Source: Tepidisphaerales bacterium
GTDB taxonomy: Bacteria; Planctomycetota; Phycisphaerae; Tepidisphaerales; Tepidisphaeraceae
Assembly (NCBI GenBank): GCA_038229715.1
Contig: JBBROD010000001.1
Span: 10,011 to 74,010 of the forward strand
Direction of reading: 5' to 3'
Length of the DNA: 64,000 bases
Part shown: piece by piece, positions 1-9,438 of the stretch
Numbering within the stretch: the stretch's first letter is position 1
How the letters are laid out: each line of letters begins with the position of its first letter
Translations under genes and position numbers: made by a program
The notes under the pieces: model-generated
What the model saw: the letters and a program-made list of their open reading frames with translations, nothing else
Database searches by the model: none
Told to the model about the DNA's origin: nothing

Positions 1-207
1 TACAAAGATCGAATTCTCGTTCAGAGCTATTGTGCCGATTTTGTGTGCTACGATCGTATCGTGATTGAACTCAAGGCGCTCAGCAAAATGACTGGCCGTG
101 AAGACGCACAAGTGATGAACTATCTCAAAGCAACAAACATTCGCGTGGGCTTACTTCTCAATTTCGGCGCGTCCAATCAACTCGACTGGAAGCGCCTCGT
201 CTGGTGA
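1..207 (+). CDS. GxxExxY-family protein (PD-(D/E)XK nuclease-like), C-terminal part; the 5' end lies outside the window
   Basis: Frame 1 is open from base 1 to TGA at 205-207. The translation ...CADFVCYDRIVIELKALSKMTGREDAQVMNYLKATNIRVGLLLNFGASNQLDWKRLVW matches the typical C-terminal half of GxxExxY proteins (ELK...Q..NYLKAT..GLL.NFG). Confidence 0.7.
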   Translation, partial: YKDRILVQSYCADFVCYDRIVIELKALSKMTGREDAQVMNYLKATNIRVGLLLNFGASNQLDWKRLVW

Positions 208-221
208 GTTTGCTTGATTGG

Positions 222-250
222 ATTCGTGTAGATTCGTGTTATTCGTGGAC
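222..250. repeat. 29-nt motif ATTCGTGTAGATTCGTGTTATTCGTGGAC, identical to the right terminal inverted repeat of the composite element at 22488-22714
   Basis: Exact string match to 22686-22714, and reverse-complement match to 22488-22516. Confidence 0.85.
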
Positions 251-261
251 AAAAGGTCTTT

Positions 262-1209
262 ATGCAATACCGGCGACTCGGCGATGCGGGAATCAAAATA
301 TCAGAGATCGGTCTCGGCGGTTGGCTGACGTTTGGTAACGCCATCGAAAAACAGCAGGCCAAGGCGGTGTTCGATAAGGCGTTTGACGTGGGGATTAATT
401 TCTACGACTCCGCCAACGCCTACGCCGGTGGCAAGTGCGAGGAATCATGGGGCGAGCTACTCAAGAACCACCGCCGGGCGAGTTACGTGCTGGCGACGAA
501 AGTGTTTTTCCCGATGGGGCCGGGCGCGAACGATCGCGGGCTGTCGCGCAAGCACATCATGGAGCAATGCCACGAAAGTCTCCGCCGGCTGAAGGTGGAT
601 TATATCGATCTCTACCAGTGTCATCGTTTTGACATCGACACGCCGCTGGAAGAAACCGTGCGGGCGATGGACGATCTGATCCATCAGGGCAAGATTTTGT
701 ACTGGGGTTTTTCGATGTGGACTCCGGAGCAGATTGAGGATTGCCTCAAGCTGTGTGGCGATCGCTACTACAAGCCGCGCGGCAGCCAGCCACAGTACAA
801 CGCGATCGAGCGGTCGCCGGAAGCGAAGGTATTTCCGCTGTGCAAACAGGCGGGGATCGGGCAGGTCGTCTTCTCGCCGCTGGCGCAGGGCGTGCTGAGC
901 GGCAAGTACAAGCCCGGCCAATCGTTGCCGAAAGACAGCCGCGCCAGCGACGACCGCCAGAACCATTTCATCAAGAACATGGTCGGCGATCAGGAGTTGC
1001 TCAGTCGCGTGCAGAACCTGAAGGCCGTCGCTGATCAGCAGGGGTGTACGATGGTGCAACTGGCGCTGGCGTGGATTTTACGGCGCAGCGAAGTATCGAG
1101 TTGCATCATCGGCGCGACCAAGCCGCAGCAAGTGGAAGAAAACGCTGTCGCCAGCGGGATTAAACTGACGGATGCGGTGATCGCCCGGATCGAGGAGATT
1201 CTGGCGTAA
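262..1209 (+). CDS. aldo/keto reductase (Kv-beta-like subfamily)
   Basis: 315-aa ORF with an ATG start. The N-terminus MQYRRLGDAGIKISEIGLGGW...FYDSANAYAGGKCEE and the ...DLYQCHRFD motif are typical of the AKR superfamily. Confidence 0.9.
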   Translation: MQYRRLGDAGIKISEIGLGGWLTFGNAIEKQQAKAVFDKAFDVGINFYDSANAYAGGKCEESWGELLKNHRRASYVLATKVFFPMGPGANDRGLSRKHIMEQCHESLRRLKVDYIDLYQCHRFDIDTPLEETVRAMDDLIHQGKILYWGFSMWTPEQIEDCLKLCGDRYYKPRGSQPQYNAIERSPEAKVFPLCKQAGIGQVVFSPLAQGVLSGKYKPGQSLPKDSRASDDRQNHFIKNMVGDQELLSRVQNLKAVADQQGCTMVQLALAWILRRSEVSSCIIGATKPQQVEENAVASGIKLTDAVIARIEEILA

Positions 1210-1222
1210 GGCCGGAGACGAT

Positions 1223-1624
1223 TTAATCCAGCGACATCACGTAAATCAGCGCGTCCTGATCTTTCAGCAGCGACGGGATCGTCGCCATGTGGTGGAATCC
1301 CAGTTCGGTCAGCAGCGCTCGGCCGTTGACTTGATCTTTTTGATTGACGTTCATCCATACGCGTCGGACGGGGATTTTCTTCGAGCGGAAAAACAAGCGG
1401 ATTTGTTCCAGCGTCGCTTCGAGCAGCCGCTGGCCGTGGCCGGCCCGGCGGTGGGACGCGGCGATCTGCAGTTCAAGCAACTGCACCACGCCGGTGCTGC
1501 CGTCGCCGGCGATGTGCCACTTGCAATGGCCTATCGGCTTGGACGCCTCGCTAAGGCGGACCGTCTGTATAAATCCGTCGATCGGGCCGGCGGGTAACGC
1601 GGGTTCGTAAGTGAATTCTGGCAT
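1223..1624 (-). CDS. GNAT-family N-acetyltransferase
   Basis: 133-aa ORF. It has an acetyl-CoA-binding motif-A-like segment, IAASHRRAGHGQRLLEATLEQ. Confidence 0.6.
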   Translation of the reverse strand: MPEFTYEPALPAGPIDGFIQTVRLSEASKPIGHCKWHIAGDGSTGVVQLLELQIAASHRRAGHGQRLLEATLEQIRLFFRSKKIPVRRVWMNVNQKDQVNGRALLTELGFHHMATIPSLLKDQDALIYVMSLD

Positions 1625-1632
1625 GGCTTGTG

Positions 1633-2316
1633 TTACGGCTCGGCGTGACGGGCGGGGGGCGTTTCTACGTCCAACTGCGTGAGCTTGGGGTGATCCAAAT
1701 CCTGCCCGAGTTGGGCCAGCAGTTCCTTCACGCGACGCGTGTTCAGGTCAGCCGAGAAGTTGCCGGTAACCTGCGCGTTGCCTACCGGATCGCTCATGCT
1801 GCCGCGGGCGGTTTTGAGTTTCAGTGTGGTGTTGGAGATGCGGAAGTCGGCTGAGTCGTCGCCGGCGTAGATTTTGACGAACCCCGCCCCGCCGTAGTGC
1901 ATCATGTCGGTTTGTTTGCCGGTTGAATCGCCCCACACGTACCAGTTGACGGCTGCGTTGGTGGACGACGGGTGATCGCCGCGATCGCCGATCATCGGCG
2001 TCCACAGCACGTGGATGTGCACCATGTGCTTGAGCGGCCGAACGGGCATCGACTGCAGCGGCTTGCCGGGCGTGGGCAGTTGGGCGTCGTCCATCGGGTC
2101 GTCGAGCAGGACGATGTCGAAGTCGCCGTCTTCCCCGCGGGTGGCGTAGACTTGGGTGAAGCTTTGCTTGAAGGTTAGTTTACGCTCGGGGGATGCAACA
2201 ATGAGCGTGGGACGAGAGCTGCAACCGGTGATGAGGATCAGTGCGAGAGCCAATACGCTACCCGCTGAAGCGGGCAGACCGGCGGATTTTTGCGATTCTA
2301 ATTTTAGTTCTGACAC
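1633..2316 (-). CDS. hypothetical lipoprotein
   Basis: ORF 1633-2370 in the track. The likely start is GTG at 2316, preceded by a GAGGG Shine-Dalgarno-like sequence. It has a signal peptide with a lipobox (LALALILITGC). The longer N-terminus would run into the hairpin repeat. Confidence 0.5.
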   Translation of the reverse strand: MSELKLESQKSAGLPASAGSVLALALILITGCSSRPTLIVASPERKLTFKQSFTQVYATRGEDGDFDIVLLDDPMDDAQLPTPGKPLQSMPVRPLKHMVHIHVLWTPMIGDRGDHPSSTNAAVNWYVWGDSTGKQTDMMHYGGAGFVKIYAGDDSADFRISNTTLKLKTARGSMSDPVGNAQVTGNFSADLNTRRVKELLAQLGQDLDHPKLTQLDVETPPARHAEP

Positions 2317-2340
2317 GAACCCTCGCTTAAGCAGCACTAT

Positions 2341-2430
2341 TTTTGCCACAGATGGGGCACAAATAGACACAGATAAGACGCGATCAAATTGAATTCATCT
2401 GTGTTTATCTGTGCCCCATCTGTGGCAAAA
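2341..2430. repeat. long near-perfect hairpin built from CACAGAT-type words (TTTTGCCACAGATGGGGCACAAATAGACACAGAT ... ATCTGTGTTTATCTGTGCCCCATCTGTGGCAAAA)
   Basis: The inverted repeat was read directly. It lies between two minus-strand genes. Confidence 0.85.
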
Positions 2431-2433
2431 TTC

Positions 2434-3315
2434 CTATCTCGTTGCGCTATCCAAGCCCAGAAGTGACAGCGTATCGCGCTCGACGATGCCCCGCAGCGCT
2501 TCGCGCGGGATCAGCGGCAGGTTTGTGCCCTGCGCCATCTGGTTGATGCTGTAGAGCGCCTCGATGCAGTCCGCGGCGTTGGTGTAGGGGAAATCGCTGC
2601 CGAACAGCAGCTTGTCGATCACCTGGTACTGATGCACCGCGACGAGCGCATTGTACGCCTGCCACGGCCGGCTGAGCATGCCGCTCACGTCGGCGTATAC
2701 ATGCTGGTGCTTACCGAGCAGGGTGATGGTTTCTTCGATGAACGGATGGCCGAGCTGCGCGATCACGATCCGCAGTTTGGGGAACGTGCGCGCGACTTCG
2801 TCGAGCAGGTACGGCCGGCTGTATTCCAGCTTGCTCTGTTCCGCGAACGGGCCGCTCGGGTGGATCAGCACCGGCATGCCGAGTTCTTCCGCCATCTCGA
2901 AGACCGCCATCGCCCGGCTGTCGGTCGGATGAAAATCCTGATTCGCCGGCGAAAGAGTCACGCCGTGCAGGTGAAGGTCGTTCTTGGCTAGTTTCAATTC
3001 TTTGGCGGCGTCGCGTTCGGTCGGGTCGATTCCGGCAAAGCCGATCAGCTTCTGCGGGTACCGCTGAACGTAGTCGGCCACGAACTGGTTGGGGATTTCC
3101 GCCCGGAGGTAGCGGCTCTTAAAGCCCAGCACGATCGATTTATCGACCGGCCCGCTGTGCGCCCAGTGGTGCTCGGGATCGGCAGCGGGAACGGTGCGCC
3201 ATTGCCCTTTGCCGACGCTCAGCCGAGGCCGGTTACCGCGCGGCAACTCGCCCAAGTCCATCTGACCTAACTGGTCAGGACTCTGCCAGACGTGTGTGTG
3301 ACAATCTACGATCAT
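2434..3315 (-). CDS. amidohydrolase-family metal-dependent hydrolase (TIM barrel)
   Basis: The likely start is ATG at 3315, giving MIVDCHTHVW (the metal-binding HxH motif at the N-terminus). The C-terminus contains ...LFGSDFPY. The track ORF extends to 3369. Confidence 0.8.
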   Translation of the reverse strand: MIVDCHTHVWQSPDQLGQMDLGELPRGNRPRLSVGKGQWRTVPAADPEHHWAHSGPVDKSIVLGFKSRYLRAEIPNQFVADYVQRYPQKLIGFAGIDPTERDAAKELKLAKNDLHLHGVTLSPANQDFHPTDSRAMAVFEMAEELGMPVLIHPSGPFAEQSKLEYSRPYLLDEVARTFPKLRIVIAQLGHPFIEETITLLGKHQHVYADVSGMLSRPWQAYNALVAVHQYQVIDKLLFGSDFPYTNAADCIEALYSINQMAQGTNLPLIPREALRGIVERDTLSLLGLDSATR

Positions 3316-3509
3316 TCGTGCAACTCCGTCGCTCGCGGCGATGGGGAAGAGTCTAAGGAAATCCCGCAAACCGTCCAGTCATTCCTACGCTCTTGGGGCA
3401 TCGCACCGTTCAATCGTACTTATCGGACGTTGCGGGGGAAAGACTTCAAAAAATCGTAAGTCTTTGCAGGGGTTGAAGTAAGAGTGGTTGATGAAGGTGG
3501 GTGCGTTCC

Positions 3510-3535
3510 GGGCTTGCCACTTAAGTGGCAAGCCC
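3510..3535. terminator. perfect stem-loop GGGCTTGCCAC-TTAA-GTGGCAAGCCC immediately downstream of the prfB stop
   Basis: The palindrome was read directly. No clear U-tract follows, so terminator function is uncertain. Confidence 0.4.
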
Positions 3536-3543
3536 AGCGGGGT

Positions 3544-4663
3544 TTAATTCTTCTTTGAAGCCTTTCGACGTCGCAGTTCTGCGTCGATGAACATGTCCAA
3601 CTCCCCGCGATCGAGCACGTTTTCGACATTGCTGGTTTCGACATTGGTTCGGTGATCTTTGACGCGACGATCATCCAAGACGTAGCTGCGGATTTGGTTG
3701 CCCCAGGCGATGGCACCTTTTTCGCCGTAGAGCTTTTTGAGCTCGTCGTCGCGCTTGGCCTGCTCCATCATTTCCAGTCGACCGGTGAGCAGCGCGAGCG
3801 CTAACCGCTTATTTTGCTGCTGGCTGCGCTCGACTGAGCAGGTGACTTGTAGGCCGGTCGGTTTGTGGGTGATACGAACCGCCGACGCGACTTTGTTCAC
3901 GTTCTGCCCGCCGGGGCCGCTGGATCGCACGAAGGCGACGATGTCCAAATCGACTTCGGGGATGACCATGCTTGTCTCTTGTTCTTCAAAGTCGGGAACC
4001 ACATCGAGCGAGGCGAAACTCGTCTGGCGTTTGCCCTGTGCGTTGAACGGTGACGGCCGAACCAGCCGATGCACCCCCGCCTCGGCCCGCATGTAGCCGT
4101 ACGCGTATTCGCCTTTAACGAGCAGGGTGACGGATTTGATGCCCGCCTGTTCGCCCCATTGGCGGTCGGTTTCGGATACGTCCCAGCCGCGCTTCTCGAA
4201 GAAGTAGAGATACATGCGGAGCAGCATCTCGGCCCAATCTTGCGCTTCAGTGCCACCCGCACCGGCGTGGATTTGGACGAAGCAGTTTTTCGCATCGTTC
4301 TTGCCGTCGAGCAGGGCCTGCAGCTCAACCTTGTCGCCGCGATGCTCAATTTCCGTCAGCATCTGATCGGCCTCGTCGAGCGACGCCTGATCGCCGGCCT
4401 CCGTGCCGAGCTCGTAGAGCGCGCGCACGTCATCGATGGCCGACATCATCGACTCGATCGGGTCGACGACCGCCTTGATCAATTTCATCTCCGCGACGAC
4501 GCCCTTGGCGGTTTCCTGGTGATCCCAGAAACCTTCCTGGCCCATCTTGGCTTCAAGCTCTTTTTTGCGGGCTAGTTTGTGAGGGAAGTCAAAGAGAGTC
4601 CCGGATGGCGATCATCCGGGCCGAAAGGTCTTCGATCGATTTGGACATTTGCTCGTGGATCAT
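3544..4663 (-). CDS. prfB: peptide chain release factor 2, produced by programmed +1 frameshift: complement(join(3544..4590,4592..4663))
   Basis: The upstream frame reads MIHEQMSKSIEDLSARMIAIRDSL and then hits TGA. The +1 frame continues DFPHKLARKKELEAKMGQEGFW... into the 333-aa track ORF, which carries the SPF (RPSPF) and GGQ (GPGGQ) motifs. The shift site is CTT TGA C. Confidence 0.93.
4588..4594 (-). promoter_or_regulatory. prfB: RF2 autoregulatory +1 frameshift site CUU UGA C
   Basis: The minus strand reads gac tct CTT TGA C, which is the canonical slippery Leu codon followed by an in-frame UGA and a C. Confidence 0.9.
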
Positions 4664-4722
4664 TAGTCCATCACCGTAGCACAACAGCAGGTTGGTATCA
4701 AACGACGCCAGTTGGGTGTCTG

Positions 4723-5112
4723 TCAATCGCGTGCTTGGAAGTTTGCCGGTTGTGGCAGCCGCAGGTGGCGATCAGGCTGGCGGTGGCGAGGAAACTGTCG
4801 CGCGGCAGAATGTCGCGGCGGGGTGTCGGATCGAGCCGACAGGGACGGGCGTAACTGCCGGCGAAATTCTTCCGCAGTCGCCCGGCTCTGATATCGACGA
4901 GGATGCTCGGCCACGCTCGTCAGCGCCAGCGATGGCGTGAGCACGTGCTTCCCGAAGCTTGCGTACGGGTCTTTCGGGTAAAACAGATTGCCCAGCATCG
5001 CAAGCCGCGGATTCACCAACCCAGTCGATAAAACCGCCTTTATCTTCGGCGGATTTTTCAACATCGGCGGGACGTATTTGATTCTCCGCAGGCGAACCGA
5101 AAGGTTTTGCAT
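4723..5112 (-). pseudogene. hypothetical ORF, possibly a frameshifted or truncated gene remnant
   Basis: From ATG at 5112 the translation is MQNLSVRLRRIKYVPPMLKNPPKIKAVLSTGLVNPRLAMLGNLFYPKDPYASFGKHVLTPSLALTSVAEH. It then becomes Arg/Pro-rich, while another frame continues more protein-like (SILVDIRAGRLRKNFAGSYARPC...). It faintly resembles the N-termini of B12-binding-domain radical-SAM proteins. This call is very uncertain. Confidence 0.2.
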
Positions 5113-5270
5113 GGAGTCCTCTAACAATACTTTGTAAAGCGCAAGAATCTCACAGAATTGTCTACGAATGACAGAGCACAAATTTTAACTTTATATTATC
5201 AAGTAAAATCCAAGGTGCGTTTTCGCTCGGCTTTGTCCGGTTGGTCATTCCTGCGTCGTAGTTTAATAGA

Positions 5271-5471
5271 ATGGCCCCGATGACTGACGCCGAAACCCTC
5301 GCCGACTATTCACGCACGCGATCGCCCGAATTCTTGGCGGCGCTCGTGCGGCGGTACGTCGATCTGGTGTCCGCCGACCTACAACGCAGCCGCTGCCGTG
5401 ACGCAACTTCACTCGAATGGACTTTAATTCTGTCCCGACGCGGCCGTCAGTCGGCTTCGGGCGGATTGTAG
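5271..5471 (+). pseudogene. probable remnant of an ECF sigma-70 factor N-terminus
   Basis: The segment TLADYSRTRSPEFLAALVRRYVDLVSADLQRS resembles the conserved start of planctomycete ECF sigma factors (F.ELVRRH.DLVYSAALR). The ORF is only 66 aa and overlaps the 3' end of the convergent gene. Confidence 0.3.
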
Positions 5472-6098
5472 TTGATCGAGGGCGGACTTGTGGTCAGGGT
5501 CGTTCAGCACCGCCGCGTCGAACTGGAGCTGCAACGCTTTGACACCTTCGCGGGCTGAATCGAGTTCCGCCTTGGCCGCTGAGGCGGCGGGGTCGGCGGT
5601 GACGGCTTTGTCTTCCATGTCGCGCAGGGTCGACTTCTGTTGCAGCTTCTCCGTAGCGGCCTGAACCTGAGCGTCGGACGGTGCGGGCAGCGTGGTTGGG
5701 CCGGTCGTCGGGCGTTGCGCGGCCTGCTCCTGCTTGACGGCTGCATCGGCGGCGCGGGCCTGCTCGGCGGCGAGTCGGTATTCGGTATCCTCCATCAAGT
5801 GCGCCAACAGCGGCTGGCGGGCCTTGTCGAACGCGGCCTGCTTCATAGACAGATCACGCTGGGCGGCGAGCAGATCGGGATTGGCTTTAAAATTCGCGCG
5901 GATTCGCGAGACCGACGTTTCCACCGCTGCCTGGGCACGATCGACCTCGCCCTGAGCGGCCGCGACGGCGGCGCGGCGGGCGTTGTCGCGTTGCACGGCC
6001 TCGTTGTTGACGTTGTTGCGGTCAATGGTGATTTGCCCTTGAGCGACGACCGACATGAAACTCAGTCCCAAAGATGCTGCCAAATACAAATGCTTCAT
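5424..6098 (-). CDS. secreted Ala/Gln-rich coiled-coil protein (hypothetical)
   Basis: The likely start is ATG at 6098, preceded by GGAGGA. The signal peptide is MKHLYLAASLGLSFMSVVAQG. The remainder is low-complexity and helical. Confidence 0.6.
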   Translation of the reverse strand: MKHLYLAASLGLSFMSVVAQGQITIDRNNVNNEAVQRDNARRAAVAAAQGEVDRAQAAVETSVSRIRANFKANPDLLAAQRDLSMKQAAFDKARQPLLAHLMEDTEYRLAAEQARAADAAVKQEQAAQRPTTGPTTLPAPSDAQVQAATEKLQQKSTLRDMEDKAVTADPAASAAKAELDSAREGVKALQLQFDAAVLNDPDHKSALDQLQSARSRLTAASGQN

Positions 6099-6200
6099 GA
6101 ATCCTCCGTTTGGTCGGATCTTAGGCACTGCGAGAGTGGCGAGGATTGGCGGTTGCTTTTTCTCCAGCAGCGGGCCAACAATTAGTCTACCGCAGGCGTT

Positions 6201-6545
6201 ATGGCCAAAATCATTTTCGACCCTCATCATGACGGTCCCGCACTGTCGGGGCTGGACACTTTTACCGGCCAGCCCGGTGCATCATTTTCAAACATGCCGG
6301 AAAGTTTGGTCGATGGAAAAACCGAGGAAGATGCCGAAAAAACCGAGGCGGATGCGCCGCCGGACGCTTCAACTTCGACCGGAGGCGAGGCGGTTGACGA
6401 GATCGCCGAAGCACTGGATGAATCTCGCCAAGCCGAACCCGCCAAGCCCAATTTGCCTCCGCCGGGCGATTTGCATTCGCCCGCCGCATCAGGGCGAACC
6501 GGATACGTGGAACAGATAAACACGGATCGTAACAGCGCCCCTTGA
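6201..6545 (+). CDS. hypothetical acidic, probably disordered protein
   Basis: 114-aa ORF that is rich in D/E/A/P. No recognisable domain and no obvious Shine-Dalgarno sequence. Confidence 0.35.
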   Translation: MAKIIFDPHHDGPALSGLDTFTGQPGASFSNMPESLVDGKTEEDAEKTEADAPPDASTSTGGEAVDEIAEALDESRQAEPAKPNLPPPGDLHSPAASGRTGYVEQINTDRNSAP

Positions 6546-6579
6546 GGCTAATCTTTAGTGAACCTTAACAAGGAGCATC

Positions 6580-6750
6580 ATGGGTAATGAAGATACTGTG
6601 GCGGGTAAAGTGAAACAGGTTAAAGGCAAAGCCAACGACATCGCCGGTGCGATCAAAGGCGACACCGCGCAGCAGATCAAAGGCAAAGTGCAACAGGCCG
6701 TCGGCAAGGCTCAGGAGGCGATCGGCAAGGCGTCCTCCAAGGACAAATAA
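6580..6750 (+). CDS. CsbD-family general stress protein (56 aa; below the ORF-track size cutoff)
   Basis: An AAGGAG Shine-Dalgarno sequence lies 5 nt upstream of ATG at 6580. The translation MGNEDTVAGKVKQVKGKANDIAGAIKGDTAQQIKGKVQQAVGKAQEAIGKASSKDK is a textbook CsbD repeat pattern. Confidence 0.85.
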   Translation: MGNEDTVAGKVKQVKGKANDIAGAIKGDTAQQIKGKVQQAVGKAQEAIGKASSKDK

Positions 6751-6805
6751 ATCGCAGACGGGCGATTCCGAAAATACCAGGTCGATGCCTTGCCAGTCTG
6801 ATCAG

Positions 6806-7618
6806 CTATTTCGATTTGAACTCGATCGTCGGCGGGACGATCTTGGTCATATGGGAATTGGGCGCGACGGGATTGCCCTGCGCGTCTTTCCCTTGGAAAT
6901 AGTCTTTCTGCCAATCGTCCATCCGAACTTGCCCGGCGGCTTTTTGCTGGTGGAACTTCTGGCGGTCTTCCGACCACTTCACATAAGACGCGAGGACCAA
7001 CGGGTCATCGGTTAATCGCTGATAGGTGACTTTCGAGCGTTCCAAGTCACGGCAGATATTCGACGCCATCGGAATCACCTGAAACAGCGGCTCGCCCGCA
7101 TCAAACCGCACGGGCTGGTTCGGCGTCATCACCCGCCAGTTCATCGTGAATGACATGCTGATCCAGTCGCTTTCGATGATCGCCGTCAGCGGGTGCAGGT
7201 TGGATTTGAAGTGATTGGCCGGCCCCATGATCAGCAGCCTTGAGCCGGTGGGCTTGGTGCGGAAGAGGAACGGCGTGTTCCAAGTGATCACGCCTAGCCC
7301 GAACTGGCTGTTGATCCAATCCTTCCAAACGTCGCCGGCGGCGTCGAACTTAAACGAGATGCTCCCCGGCTCGGGCCGGCCGTTCCAGATCGCCCAGAAG
7401 CCGACGGGATTGCGGATCCACCAGCCGGTCTGGTTCGCCATCGTCAGCGGCAGGCAGCGGTACGCATACTTGCTCGGCGAGGCTTCCATCCAGTCGCGCC
7501 GATAATCAGCCCAGCTCCACTCCCAGCCCGTGCCGTCCGTGCGATGCTGCTTGAACATCGCATCGTCGGCGATCTGATAAATCCCGATCTCGAAGGGTAG
7601 TGCGTCCGGCTCGCTCAT
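6806..7618 (-). CDS. conserved hypothetical protein, DUF6065-like
   Basis: The likely start is ATG at 7618 (MSEPDALPF...). The motif SKYAYRCLPLTMANQTGWWI matches my recollection of the DUF6065 family signature. The track ORF start at 7852 is an Arg-rich run-on. Confidence 0.55.
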   Translation of the reverse strand: MSEPDALPFEIGIYQIADDAMFKQHRTDGTGWEWSWADYRRDWMEASPSKYAYRCLPLTMANQTGWWIRNPVGFWAIWNGRPEPGSISFKFDAAGDVWKDWINSQFGLGVITWNTPFLFRTKPTGSRLLIMGPANHFKSNLHPLTAIIESDWISMSFTMNWRVMTPNQPVRFDAGEPLFQVIPMASNICRDLERSKVTYQRLTDDPLVLASYVKWSEDRQKFHQQKAAGQVRMDDWQKDYFQGKDAQGNPVAPNSHMTKIVPPTIEFKSK

Positions 7619-7668
7619 AAGTAAAAGTATAGCCGCCGATGGAAATGGAATGAAACTCGTCTGCCGCG

Positions 7669-8496
7669 TTACGAACCAAGGCATCGCGGGCAAGAGACGC
7701 CCGCCACATATGCCGGCGATTGCTGATCGGCCTCGGTCAGCACGGCCTGGCAGGCGAAGCATTGTCGCAGGTTGGTTTCGCGAAGCGCGGGATCGAGCGC
7801 CACGCGTTGATCGAACACAAAGCAGTGCCCGTCGTAATGAGCGCCGCCGCACTCCTGGAAATACTTGAGAATCCCGCCGTCCAGTTGATAAACCTGCTTA
7901 AAGCCTTCGCGCTCCAAAAGCGGCGCAGCCTTCTCGCAGCGGATTCCGCCGGTGCAGAAGGTGACGACGGGCTGGTCCTTCATCGCGGCCGGCAACTTGG
8001 CGACGGCGTCCGGGAAGTTGCGGAAATCCTCCACGCCGATCGCCACCGCGTTGCGGAACGTGCCGACCTGGACTTCAAATTCGTTGCGAGTGTCCAACAG
8101 CGTGACGGGCTTTCCTTCGTCGAGCCACTGTTTGAGTTGATTCGCCGTCAAGCGCCGCGACGTGTACTTTCGCGGGTCGATCCCCGGCACGCCGAACGCG
8201 ATAATCTCTCGTTTGATCTTGACCAGCATGCGATTGAACGGCTGATGCGTGCTGAAACTTTCTTTGACCTTAAGAGATTCAAGCCCGGGAATTTGCCGCA
8301 GCCGGTGGAGCAGCGCGTCGATCTGCTCCCGCACGCCGGCCAGGAAACAATTAATTCCCTCCGTGCTGAGCAAAATCGTGCCGCGCAACTCGCGGGCTTG
8401 GCACAGATCGCGTAGTTCGCTCCGCAGGTCGTGCAGATCAGTCAGTTCCGCGAACTGATAGGCGGCGATATTGACGATGGTTCGGTCACTTTGCAT
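7669..8496 (-). CDS. trhO: rhodanese-domain tRNA uridine(34) hydroxylase (UPF0176/YceA family)
   Basis: The likely start is ATG at 8496. The segment [20 protein letters not shown]...[13 protein letters not shown], a rhodanese loop ([11 protein letters not shown]) and a C-terminal Cys-rich tail are all present. Confidence 0.85.
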   Translation of the reverse strand: MQSDRTIVNIAAYQFAELTDLHDLRSELRDLCQARELRGTILLSTEGINCFLAGVREQIDALLHRLRQIPGLESLKVKESFSTHQPFNRMLVKIKREIIAFGVPGIDPRKYTSRRLTANQLKQWLDEGKPVTLLDTRNEFEVQVGTFRNAVAIGVEDFRNFPDAVAKLPAAMKDQPVVTFCTGGIRCEKAAPLLEREGFKQVYQLDGGILKYFQECGGAHYDGHCFVFDQRVALDPALRETNLRQCFACQAVLTEADQQSPAYVAGVSCPRCLGS

Positions 8497-8571
8497 CACA
8501 GAGCAAGGTATTGTGAACGCTTTCCAAGTTGCTTGCAATTCATCGCGGTCGGACGGACACTTTTCGCACTC

Positions 8572-9411
8572 ATGAATGTCAGAAAAGCACTCATCACCGC
8601 GGCAGCGCGGTCGCAGCGGCAATTGCCTCTTCAGGTTTTAACCGACACCGACGGCGTCACGCGATCGGTGCTGGAAATGCTGGTCCGCGAAGCCCTCTCG
8701 GCCGGCGTGGAGCAGGTGGGCGTGGTCATCGCCCCCGGCGACCGCGACGCTTACGCCGCCGGCGTGGGGAGTTCGCGCGAGCAGGTGTTGTTTATCGAGC
8801 AAGCCCACCCGCGTGGCTACGGCGATGCCATCCGATCCGCCGCCGACTTTGTACGCGAAGAACCGTTCCTGCACATTGTCGGCGATCACCTGTTCCTCTC
8901 CAAGTCCGGGCAGACGTGCGCTAAAACGCTGGTGGCGATCGCCGAGCGCGAGAACTGCACCGTCAGCGCCGTGCAATCCACCCGCGAGCACATGCTGCCG
9001 TACTACGGCACGATCGGCGGGCGCCTGGTTCACGGGCAGCCGGGGTTGTACGAAGTGGAAAACGTCATCGAAAAGCCCACGCCCACGCAGGCCGAGCAAT
9101 CGCTGATCGTGCCGGGCATGCGGGCGGGGCATTACCTGTGCTTCGTGGGCATGCACGTGCTGACGGCCGGTGTGATGCACGCGCTGCAGGGGATTTTTGC
9201 GGCCGGTCAAGGCGATCACCCGCCGACGCTTTCGGACGCGCTCTCAAGGTTGACGCGACAAGAACGGTACCTCGCGCTGGAACTGCACGCCGGTCGATAC
9301 AACGTCGGCGTGAAGCACGGGTTGCTGATGGCGCAACTGGCGATCGTGCTGGCCGGGCCGGATCGTGATGAAGTGCTGACCGGCGTGATCGAACTGCTGG
9401 CCAAAGAATAA
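8572..9411 (+). CDS. sugar-phosphate nucleotidyltransferase, GalU/UTP-glucose-1-phosphate uridylyltransferase-like, with an atypical N-terminal G-loop
   Basis: The likely start is ATG at 8572 ([21 protein letters not shown]...). It has a ...[14 protein letters not shown]...HIVGDHLF core. The canonical AAGxGTRxLPxTK motif is replaced by [13 protein letters not shown]. Confidence 0.65.
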   Translation: MNVRKALITAAARSQRQLPLQVLTDTDGVTRSVLEMLVREALSAGVEQVGVVIAPGDRDAYAAGVGSSREQVLFIEQAHPRGYGDAIRSAADFVREEPFLHIVGDHLFLSKSGQTCAKTLVAIAERENCTVSAVQSTREHMLPYYGTIGGRLVHGQPGLYEVENVIEKPTPTQAEQSLIVPGMRAGHYLCFVGMHVLTAGVMHALQGIFAAGQGDHPPTLSDALSRLTRQERYLALELHAGRYNVGVKHGLLMAQLAIVLAGPDRDEVLTGVIELLAKE

Positions 9412-9438
9412 TCCCGTTCGTAACGGCGATAAATACTC

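Noticed and set aside
7619-7852. Long N-terminal extensions of track ORFs (for example starts at 7852, 8622, 8431, 15835, 29960, 33625, 46454, 56800 and 60726)
   Set aside because: The extensions are Arg/Cys-rich and overlap neighbouring genes or repeats. Each precedes an internal ATG at which homology to the protein family begins.
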